Source of the DNA: Hydrolagus affinis
Taxonomy: Eukaryota
Direction: 5' to 3'
Assembly: GCA_012026655.1 (NCBI GenBank)
Contig: JAAILG010002410.1
Location: 1 to 54,764, forward strand
Length of the DNA stretch: 54,764 nt
The position numbers and the translations under genes were made by a program. The notes under the pieces were generated by a model. The model made no database searches, was not told the DNA's origin, and saw only the letters and a program-made list of their open reading frames with translations. Positions 36,901-48,900 of this stretch are shown here, piece after piece (position 1 is the stretch's first letter; each line of letters starts with the position of its first letter).

Positions 36901-39900
36901 GTAGTTTGTGCTTTGCCTGTTTTTTGTCAGATTATAATCTGCTTATGTCTGAGTATAATCAGTGTCGCGTCTGTTATTCATTGTTATCCACTCCCATAAG
37001 TAAATTGACTTCTAGCACTCTCCGATTTTAAACAAAGAAACTAAATCCATCAGCCTGCTCATTTGTTGCATTGACCAAGCCTCGTTCACACAACACAGAC
37101 TGGGATACTGGGATAGTCGAGCTCCTGCTGCCTTTCATTTGCAGATGTCTCATTCGGGGAGTGGATTGTCTGACCATTTCAGGAGAGGGTGGGGGGGCTC
37201 TGGTGGTTGATCAAACCATCACAGAGAGAGAGTAACTCCAGTGATTAATCTTAACAGCGAGCACCTTGAGACATCCTCCCAACATGAAAGGCGCTATATA
37301 AATGCAATTTATGGTTGAGAGAGAGAGAATTGGTAGGTCTTAAGATGAAGGCTATTAATGTCGTCGTGTCTTTTGTGAGTCCCACTATTTGTCTACTCAG
37401 TCTCCCTGGCGACCTGAAGGCAGTAATACTTTTGTAATTGCTGCTGACTATGAGCATAAAAGGAAAGTTGCTTAATATTTCATCAGACTCTGACTCAAAA
37501 TAGCCGCAGAGGCTCTCATGGTTCACATACTGATGCCATAAATTACACTGATGGTTTCTGGTACAGTATTTAACTTCTAAAGTTTTATAAAATAGCCTGA
37601 AACACATTTAGAACTCCCCACATTTGCTGAATAATCTTGCGTTTACTTTATTCCACTACAGTCTAACATGCTGAATGGAAACTGATTGTTCTGTCCACAG
37701 TCGCTATTCAAGCCTCAATGTTAGCTTCATTGGTTTAAATCAGTAACTTCTGAGTGTAGAAGGAATGTGTAACGTTAAGCTGGGGAACTTTGGACCCTGA
37801 CTGAGTTTATCTGAACACTGACATTTGTAAGAGCTGCACCATCGGATCTTGGATCACTTTCCAGTCATTTCCTTTCTGACAATGTTTATTGACCTTCCTC
37901 AATTGATTTTTAGTCAATTATAATCTCCAGATTGGTTTCCTCAAATTAGCAGCATGGTTAGTGCTGGTCCAATCCGAACATTTCCAGTTGTTAACAATGG
38001 CATGTGAGTGTTGTGTAACAGTTCCTGTACAGCTAGCTGTTTTTTTTATGAAACTACAACAAATTACACGTGTGTAGTGTCTTTCACATCAGGAGGACGT
38101 TTCCAAGATACTTTCAAAGATCCCTCCTCAGTTCATCCTTGTAAATCCGTCTTGGTGAGCACTGTGACAAAAGCTTGACTGAAATTGAATATATAACATT
38201 CACTAAGTTCCCTAGTCCGAGTTTTATTTGCTAAACCATCTACAAGTAAGGCTTGACGTTCTCCCTCCCGGTGTAGCACTTTGATTCCCTCCTGAAACTA
38301 CATTCTTCCATAATTAAAATTATAGAAAACATTCAGAACTGACCATTTACTAGCAAATATGGAACCCAGGCTGTGGGGTCTGACGTGGTTTAAATTTAAT
38401 TTAAGCTTAAATCGCTCGAGTACAGAATAGGAATTATGTATATAGGCCCACAACTCACCTCTTACGAGGACTAACGGTGAAATCTATCATGAATTTGCCT
38501 CTGCACTGTTCGTAACCTGTTGCTTGTTCATCTCCAGACATCGGGTTCCATTCCAGTGCTACAGTAATCCCAATTGAGCTATGCGCTGGAAGCTGCCTCG
38601 TACTCTGACCGGCTTAGCCTTGGGAACATGTTTCTGTTACTGCAGAAGATCATTGTTCAACAATCTGATACACATCTTTCTGGTGCAGGGTGAGGTAGTG
38701 GGAGAGCAGTGAGCCTGAGCTTGCTGAATAGTGATGTATTGCTAATGGGAATTGTGCAAGGCAAGAGTTGATTTTCTAATTGTCCCTTTACCTGGAGATG
38801 GTCTGGGAGAGTATAACAGCAATGGTCTCACTTCATTAAGAGCATTAAGTGTATTGTATTTTAGGGTTTAAGGTGAAGGGACTGCCTTGAACTCACTTTC
38901 CACTGATGGTGCAGATTGCTGCCCTCCAATGTTGGTATAGATTCAAACAGTTACCCCACCTTGTCCAAATTCACATCCCAGACTCCCAATCCATTGCACT
39001 GTGGAGAGATGTCCTTCACTGACTGAAAACAATTGCCTTGTGACTGGATCAGCCCCTCGGCTGAAACAAAGCTGAACAGAGTAAATACAGTAAAAGGTCA
39101 CTTTGTCTGAATATAAATGTTAACTGTTTCTATACACCCTCCTACCCCTACCTCCCCACCCTCCAACCCCTCCTGATCCCAACCACCAGCTCGGGTGTGG
39201 ATCTCTAACTGTCCAGTATCTTGGGTCGTCCTCCTGAAGTGAAACATGCTATACAAATGAAAGTTGTATGTTCTTCACTTGAACTAGGTTATAAACAATC
39301 TTGAGTGTACTTTCTCTGATGTGTCACGGATGACACCTGTGAAAAGCGTTCAACCATGTACCGGGGAACTGGAAACGTGCTTGCCCTAAAGATACTGGAC
39401 CCTGTGCTCGAGGTTTCATAAACTAGCTCCTCCGTTCCCTAATGAATCCTCTCACTCATGGTGGTTTTAGTCTCGTGTACGCACACTTCAAACAGGGTTT
39501 ACATTTGTAGCCTTTATGCATGTATCTGTGCGGAGGGAGTGGGATCATGTCCATTCAGCTTGCCTTCAGTTGAGGAGCCTGACAATGCAGGCTTGTCAGC
39601 TTGTTTGTGAAACAGATACAAATGCCAGCCTTGTTCTAATGATCTCCTCCTCCTCCTCCTCCAGGATGAAGACTCTGAGTTTAATTTAGCTACAGATTTT
39701 GAAATTGGGCACTTTTTCCGTGAGCGGATAGTCCCTCGAGCGGTGCTGTACTTCACTGGAGAAGCTATTGATGATGACGAGGAAGTGAGTATCTTATCTC
39801 ATTTGACCTGGTATACGGCCTTTTGATGTTGCTCTTCATCGGGCCTGGTGACCCAGGTCGGTGACAGCAACATGTCTCTGTGTGTTTCTCCAGCCTGTGT

Positions 39901-42900
39901 GTGGGGCTGCACTCTGTGGTGCTGTGAATCATACAGAACACCGCAACCCCACAAACTGAGAGGTGACAATACATTGCCCACATAAACAATCTGCTCTGGG
40001 AAATGGGGAAAGCAATCGGAATTGGGGACATTTCCAGTGTGTTTCCAGTGTTTCTACCTGTTTTTATATTTGTGGGGGTGGGGTATGAATGTGGACACAC
40101 TGCTCCTGGATCTATTACAAAGCATGGCTTTCTTTCTCCAACATACAGTAAAAGCCTGTTTATCCGGCACCCTTGGGACCTGGCCATTGCCGGTTAAAGC
40201 ACGTGCCGGATGTTCGGCCGAAAACACCAAACAAAAAAGTTTTTTAAAAAAATAATAATAATGCATTGTGCCGGATAAATTCCCGTTAATCGAATTCGGA
40301 CCTTTTTTTGAGGTGCCGGTTGATCGGGTCACGGATAAACAGGCTTTTACTGTACTCTGGGCAAATGAGCTTATACTTATATGGTAAGGTCTGACTTTAT
40401 AATAGTCAAAATGGGGAACGGGGGTTACTGCAGCCATTTTGTACACAGCTAGGCTGAGCCTACAATATTCTGAGTGACCTCAACGTCTATTACTGGTGTG
40501 ATTTCATCCTGATCAATCCAAATTTTGCCCTGGGAGGCAGACTACTGGTGCCAGGTAATTGGGGATCTGCACTGCTCGAAGCCTGGCGCATGTCTCTTCT
40601 TGCTCAGGTTATTTCCAGTGCTATATCACACTCAGCAAGACTGTGGGTTGCTGCTGACTCACAGCTCAACCCTTGTCAGAGCTGAAACATTTTTGTTTGC
40701 TTTGTGTCATAGCAGAGTACAGAAAGCCAGCAATGAGGGTAAGTGTCTCACTGAGTTAGGAGTGAGGATCGTGTTCATTGTGTCCATTCCTACTAAACTC
40801 TGAACCACCAGACAGGACTGTCTGCCTGTCCAAGGAGGGGAGTGTCATCAAGTCATCTTTGTATTTGATACAGCTCTTTATCGCATCTGAAAGTGTTTCA
40901 TGGAGAATAGTGTGAAATGTTTTCGTCCACAAAATACAGTCAATTCACTTCACAGTATATTCTGTGAAGCGCTTTGAGGTGTTTCAACGACACGATTAGG
41001 CACTATATCAAGTGCAAGGATTATATATCATTAAGTGTTTGTACTGTGTATTTATAGGTGATAGTGGCAGCCAATTTGCATTTTCACAAAGGCCATGGAG
41101 TGAATGACAATTTATCTAGAGGATTGTTTCTCGGATGTACTTTGTGTGTGTGTCTGTCTGTTTAGACCCCTCAAACACTGGACTTGTGTAGATTATTTTG
41201 GGGAAATACCCGTGTGTACTCCCTGTGCTGCTCTTTACTTTAATGTGACTGAATGGAGGCTACTGGACTTAGAACTGCAAAATCAACTTCATTCTGATCT
41301 CCCGTTGACGGGCATGGCACCTTGGAGCCAACTGAGATCCTGCTTATGTTATTTTCTCTTTACTTCCATCCACCTTTGCCGCTGAGGAGGAGAATTAGTT
41401 GTCAGATGTCTGAGATGCACTGCTTTAAGCCTGCAGTTAGTTATCAGACACCAGGAATTCTTCGTGAGCCTTGAACTATAGTAACTTGATCGGCATTCTC
41501 TGAATTGCATTCGGCTTTACCCTTGAAGTTCTTAATTGTGCATTGAGCTTAATTGTACATCCAGTTACAGGTAATTACTCGTACTCTGTCCTTTCATCAC
41601 ATCATTTCCAGATGGTGTTATGTTTTCAGAGTCAGGCTCTAATCAGTGGTGGTGCTGTGTTACCTGGACGGCTCATGTGTAATACTAAGAATCCGAGGCA
41701 GAGGACAGTTGGACATTCCCCATGTAGGTGGCTTAGAACCAGAGTGTGCAGCGGCCATAGAGACACACAGACCTTTCTGGGAGCTGCTCAAATGCTGTTT
41801 CTACCCAGCGGCTTCTAAGAGCTGAATTCCACAACAACAATAACAAAATCACACTCCAAGCTCTGCTTCTACATCACTTTCAGCTCTGTGGCGGGTACCA
41901 GCGTTCTCTCCACACCAACAGCTTCACATTCTCGAGATATTCTTGGACTTTCTTTCATGCTCATTGTTATTCAAAATGTTATGTGATATCTGCTCAAATA
42001 GCAGCAGAAGATGTGTCGCTGGCTCCGAGCCCTATTCACAGTTCAGCTGCTGCTGTTTGGACAGTGAAGACACCACAGTGAAGTAGTAATTAATGCCAGA
42101 GTTTGAAACCATCTCTGGTTTTGCCAGCACAGACTCGAGAATCTATAGAGATTCTCCCCGACCCCAATTCCAACAACATATAGTCACAGTGCCGGCCAGA
42201 GCAGTGACATTGTTAGAACTGAGCAAGGCTGCTGAAGCTCTGTCCTGGACAGCTGGTCATTTTACACTGAGCTAACTTCAAGGAGGGCTTCCTCAGAGAC
42301 AAATACCTAACCTAAGGCAGAGTTAAAGGTTCTCTTTGACTAACTGCCATAAATACCTCAGAGGCTGCTGTAAATCCTGGGACTTTGAAGTAAGCTTGGG
42401 TGTTACTGTTTAAGGAATGAAAGGTCCCAATGCCGTGTAATATACATGTCATTGCCCTGCCCTTTACACATAAGTTGCTCAATCAGATTCTTATCAACGC
42501 CACAGATCTGCTCATAGTATTACTCAAAGCTAATACATACTTTAGTTACTGGAACTGGTTTGATATATAGAACTATGATGGTTCAAGCCCCATTTCAGGG
42601 ACTTTGAGCTCACATCTAGGCTGACACTCCAATGCAGTACTGAGGGTGCTAGATTGTCAGAAGTGCACTTCTTCAGGTGAGACATTAAACTGAGGTCCCG
42701 TCTGCCCTGTTCAGGTGGATATTAAAGATCCTACACCACTGTTGGAAAAGAGAAAGGAGTTTCTCCCAGTATCCTGGACAACATTCCCCAGATCCAGTGC
42801 CTTGGGACATCCTCCTAACGTGAAAGGCGTTGTACAAGCGTAATTTTGTTGTTGATCATTCATTTCATAGTTGTTTGAGATGTTGATGTACACAAATTGG

Positions 42901-45900
42901 CTGCCATTGTATTCAATGCTAGATATCGGTAGGCCACAGTTAGTCTAATACCTAGTTTTTTGTGCCCTCTTTCAGGAAGAATATAATAGAAAATAGAGTC
43001 ACTTGGAAATTACCAGGAATAAAAGCTTTCAGTTATACAGAAGATTTAGAGCTGTTTTCACTGGAGCAAAGAGGGTTATGGGGAGAGCTTTTGGAGGTCC
43101 TTGAGATTATGAAGTTCTGACGGGGGGTTATTTGTTTAAGTTTAAAGCTCAGTACGGTTAGAAACAGGGGCTGTTTAAAATTTGGACTCCAGCCATCTGT
43201 AATAGCCGAGGGAATCAAGAGACAATCCAACCTATTCAACAAGTTTTCGATCTTGACAGATCCCAGTTCCTCACCCTTTCCCAATGACCTTTAATATAGT
43301 ACCAGTAATCTTTTATCTACCCATTTTCATGTTGGAAGGCTCTTAATATCTCCACCACTCAAATATCTATCAAATTAAATAAACATCACGATTGGTTTCA
43401 CCTTTACTACTCTCTGGGGCAGAGCCGTCTGTGAGGGTTTGCTTCTGACCAAAGTAACTGTCTTGACTCTGATTTTCAAACCTCTGTCCTTGTATTGGTT
43501 CTCTGTGCCAGAGGGACAAGTGCTCCACTATTTAATCATTCTTCAAATCAAGGTTGTGTCTGCTGGAGTTATTCCTGGTGTCCAATCCTCATATAAAGTT
43601 GATTATTTACTTAATGGCAGGAAGTCATTTACTTCGTTGGTGGGACTTTCCTATGTCTGTCATGTCGGCCTTAAAAACTGTAGTTACTCCACTTTTCAGT
43701 AAATCTTGTGAAGAGCTTTTTAGATGTTTCGACATGATAAATTGCAGCAGCAAATACAAGGATTATTATTATAATCTGTCAATTGTTTTTGTAATTTTAA
43801 TTACCTCAATCAAATCACGCATTAACTACCGCAGCAGCAAGAAATATAATCTGAGGCTACTCGACTTCTGATCGTAACTAGTCCTCCTCAGCCCTGAATT
43901 ATAGAATAATACTGAATGGAAACTTGCCATTCGGCCCAACTAGTCCATGCCTAACCTAGTGAACGTCTGTGTAGCTTCTCTTGAGAAATTCCACATGCCC
44001 AGATCCCTGTGATAATCTAACCGAAGCTCAGTGTCTGTGTTGACCTGTTAATCTTGTCTACTGTATATGTAAACTCTGAATGTCCTGCCACTTCGCAATC
44101 GATTTTCATTGTGTGACAATACCCTGGTATTTCATGGGAATATCCTCACCATTTCCATCTCTCTTCCAGTATGAGGCTGACGAGGATGAGGAAGGTGAAG
44201 ACGAGGTAAGAAAGTATTTGTTGAGTCGCACTGTTTTCTCTGGTGTTGTAGCTGCAGCTTTCTCTTCACAGGTTTGCACAGAAACATTTGTTGCCAAGAC
44301 TTGATGTACTAAGTAAGCTGTGCCTTTTTCCCAATGGGTTCTCACAGTTCTCATGTACTGATGATCAGTTCAGAGCTTCTATTCACCCTGGTCCTATTAC
44401 CTCACTATGTGAAGCATCCCTTCCAGTGGTTCCAATCTTCCCTGTCTCACACCGCCACTTAATAACTAAATAATTTGTTAGGCGAAAGAAGATCAAGGTT
44501 GATCCTGTTTCCCTTCCACTATCCTGGCAGTCGCATGTACATGTCATGTTCCAAACTATACACTGTATCCTGAGATATTGTTTCCTAACAGAAATCTTAT
44601 TTCATTTGTTCTTGCAAGGAATCAACAATTCCACTCTCACTGTTTCCCGATGGAGCCTGTTACTCACTCACTGAATTAGTGTTTCCACAGATTTGTTGTG
44701 AAATTACCCTCATTCAATACACAAGTTGTGTCCTCTGGCTCAACTGTTCACTACAAGATAAAGCAGTTTATCCTGGTCTACATGATCCAGTCTCTTTAGA
44801 ATCTTAAAGACCATAATCAGATCATCTCCCAAACTTCTCTTCTCCAGTGTGAACATGCCCACTTGACCTAATCACTCCTTGTAGTCCAGTCCTATCAGCC
44901 CCTCAATCATTCTAGTTGCCCTCCTCTGTATCCTCTCAATCTCACTGGGAGGTACTATTCTAGGCTTTTGTTCTAGCAATGGTGACAGTGCAGTAACTTG
45001 GAACAGTGATAAACAGAATGGTCTGCCATGGAGCACCAGTAAACTGGCTCCAGTAAAGACCTGATCTGGCTCTTGTTCTGCCTCCGCTGCTGTATCTAGA
45101 GAGGCAAGGAATGTTTCTCAGTGCGGTGGCCAGCTCAACTGTCTCTATCTGACTCAAGTAGATAGTGAGAAATATGTTGATCTGTGACATTCTGTTAACA
45201 GGATGATGGTGAAGACGAGGGGGATGAAGAGGATGAAGCTGACACGGATCCCAAAGTGAGTTTCCATTGAAGAGGGGAATGGGTTTACTAAACAGGTGTA
45301 CATGTGGTCCAAACGTTTACTTTCTGTGCTTGTGCCCATATCTCAATGCTCCAGAGTTTACCCCAATCGCTGCCGTTTATCATACCAGTTTGCTTGGCAA
45401 ATTGTGGGTGGAAAATGTAAAATACAAAGTGGATTTTCAGCATTGGTCACTCTTCTAAAAATTTTATATTTTCATTTAATAAATATCATATTTCAAAGTT
45501 AGTGAGGTTGGCTTCCTAGATAGTTTCCTGGCTGTTAGTCAAATGGAATGAAAGGAAACATTCAAAAAGCTTTCAATTTATTTACCTATGTAAAGCTTTA
45601 TTGATAGTTTTTAAACAGTTACCCCAGGGTCAGGGTCACAAGGCTGTCTAATTATGACGGGCGTTGTGTCAGGACAGATAGTTAACATTGAAACGCAAGG
45701 CTGTAACAGCAGAGCCACTGTTATACTGACCTCACTTCACTGCCTCAACTCACATGCACCGACAATGGAAGTAAAAGAGAAAAATACCTCATCAGGGATC
45801 TCAGTTGGTACAGCAGACAGGTACACTCATTCACTTAGAGTGATGCTGTAAAATATCAGAATAACACTGCTTTGTTATTAACTTAACCCACTGAAATAGC

Positions 45901-48900
45901 ACACAGAAGTCGCTGGGAACACTCATCAGGTCAGGCAGCATCTATGGAGAAAGGAAAAGCGAGTCAATGTTTCGGTTTTTATTTCAGATTTACAGGATCT
46001 GCAGTATTTTGCGTTTTTGAAATAACACACAGCCTGTGCTTGCTGCCGTTACTTGACCAGTCGTATTTTGTTTAACTTTATTTTACTTTTATCTGTTCCA
46101 CATTTGAAACCATCCCTTATATCAAACAGCAGAATCATCCCATTTATTTTGGCACCAGTTCTCCTCTGATGCGGTTTTCCCCTTCACCTCCAGGTGTCTG
46201 TTGTTTATATATGAGTGTCCCAGGCTGATCAGTTTGAGATTGATCATTTCAGTTCCAGTTCCTTAGTTCCTGACTGAAGGATCAGTCAGCCATCTTTTGC
46301 TACTTTCCTTAAAGTGGTTTGAGTTATCCGAGGGAACGCTAGGCTCTAGAAATTTCAGCACCTTGTGCATAAACGTGTGAAGCCCACGCCTCAGCTTTCC
46401 ATTGTAATGTCATTGCATGCCCTAAACTCTTTCTACTTTTAATTTTTACCCAAGTCTCTTGATTCAAGTCTCCCAATTGTTCTAGTTTGTCCATAAATGA
46501 TTCCTACATAAAATATCTGTACTGAGGAGCTCCGAGGTATCGATCAGGCTATTCTCACCATTACTGAAGCAGTCGTAATAATAATAATAATAATCCTTGC
46601 ATTTGATATAGCGCTTTCCACATCTTATCAACGTCCCAAAGCGCTTCACAGAATATACTGTAAAGTGAATTGACTGTATATATTTGTGGGCGAATCGCGG
46701 CAGCCAATTGCGCACAGCAGTATCCCACACACAGTCGTGGATTGAAATGATCAATTTTATTATTGTGGTTTTTTTTTTTGGGAGGGATTATTATTAGGCG
46801 TGTGGAGTAAGGAAACTTGCCCAAGGTTTCGCCCTGACCTGCCTGGATTTGAACACAGGTCTCCCCAGCTTGGTTTCCCCAGCTTGCAAGACAAGTGCTC
46901 TTAACCAATGAGCCACAGGAGCTCCACAAATGTTGCGTAAAGGGGTTAATGTAGGAGCCAGGATCACGCCAGCTCGCTCCAGTATGGTGGGCGGCTGAGC
47001 CTAATGGTTCGACACAGCTTACTTTCCCTGCTGAGTCCCTGTGCACCAGCAATGCTCCCAAGGGTTCGAATTAGACTTTCACAAGGGGAGCAATCTGTCC
47101 TGGGCGCCATTTGCAGTAGTTTCCTTTGCAGCATCTGTCCAGGTACCCGAGTGGTGCCGCTGCTGTCTGTGCTGTTCCTCACAATAAAACATCCCGTGCA
47201 GCCATGAGTCTCATCACTTAGACCACATCATTATCTGTAGAAACCTTGTTAATTTTTCTACAAGTTGTGCTGCCGGCATTCAACTCATCCCTGTATAGAG
47301 ACTTTAGTTGGAACAATCGAGAAAATAAGGGCTTTTGTCGTCCACCATGCCATTATCTCAAAGCGCTTCGCATTAACTGCTGTTCTATGTAGTGACTGTT
47401 TTTGTTGACTGATGTTACGCATAGCACAATCTCACTACCAGCCCATGAAGTGAACGACTAATTATTTTAGAGGATTGTTGGCCATGTCACCAGGAGAAAC
47501 TCCCTTCTCTATTTTTCATTAATCACCCGCAAATGGGTGACAATATCTACTGCATCATACCCTATTCTGCACTGGAGCATCAGATATGACTTGAGTTCAA
47601 GTCCCACCATGGGGCTTAAACCCAAACTTCCTGACCCAGAAACCAGAGTGCTACCACCTGAGCCAAGCTGCCAATTCCTGTGGGAGTCTTTTCTCAGCAC
47701 AGGGCTCATTAGTGCTTGATTGCATAACTTGTTAGCCTAGTCCTGGTTCTCTTATTTCATTGTCATTAATGTTGACTTTTTTGTTTCTGAATTTTCCCTG
47801 CTTAGGTGTAATTCATAAACAATTGTACGTTTCTAGGTAAGGGAATTTCTCATGTTCTTGCTGCCATCTTGCTTTAATCTTGCACTTTCTCTGCCTTTGT
47901 TCCCTCACAACCAAATTCAAGGCTCAACCAATTTGATTTTTCATCTGATTTAGAATTCCAAGGTGTCTCAAGCCGCTGTTAGCGCCCCATGGCATGTGGT
48001 TTCGCTGTTCACTGCCGGCCACTGTTGTACGGATGTGCTCAGCGATGGGAAAACTTGCTTAGGACAAGCTTTCCGTCGTCACTGATACTGAATCCCATTC
48101 AATCAAATTATTCCGGGATTGAGTTGGTGGAAAAGAGTAACGTTTACTCCAGTCCCCCACAAAGTCTGAATGTTTCCGACAGACCTATTCAAATTAAAGC
48201 TCACTTTCTAAAGCTCACTTTGTAAGTAGAGTGAATTATTCTTTTTTTAAAAAAAAATCAAGTTGGTTCAGCACTGTTGTTCTCCGCAAGACCCCATAAC
48301 TGAGGTGATCAAATCTGAGCCACAGCTAGGGGCTGGGGCTGCTTTCTCTACTCAAACTCTGACCTGTGCTTCACAGAACTTCACTTGTCTTGCTTTATTT
48401 ATTCCAAAAAGGCACCTTGTCAGGACATTTCCTCCTTGGGTAATTTCTGCACTGAGGCACAATCTGAGCTGCATGAAAATCACCCACGATGAGACTAGGC
48501 AGGTCTCCAATTTAAACCACCTTTTAAAATGTGGAACTTGGTTTCAATTCATGGACCAGCTGTGCAAATGCCAAGAATTGGCCATTACTCAATTTTTTCC
48601 CTGTCATTTACAGAGTGGGGTGTGTACATCTGTCTGTGTGAACACTGAAAGCTCTGCTCAGCAAGATTGGAATTGGACATGCCTTGAATTGTGGACCATG
48701 GCACAGACAGCCTGTTAGCCCATTAGATCTCATTCTTCTAAGCTACCAACACTACCATCTTCCCAGTACCACATCTGTTTCTTAAATCAGTACCTCTACC
48801 ACCCCCCCACCCCAAGATCCCGCTCCAGCTATTGATTACTCTCTGTATAAAATACTTTCTGGTCACTTACTTAAACTTGCCTTGCCCTAATACCTGTGCC

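Noticed and set aside
46482-47061. Recurrent ORFs with CLWDT.VRNWLP / SIHFTVYSVK peptides (also at 5270-6159, 15398 and 18666)
   Set aside because: Chance translations of the same non-coding SINE, not a protein family
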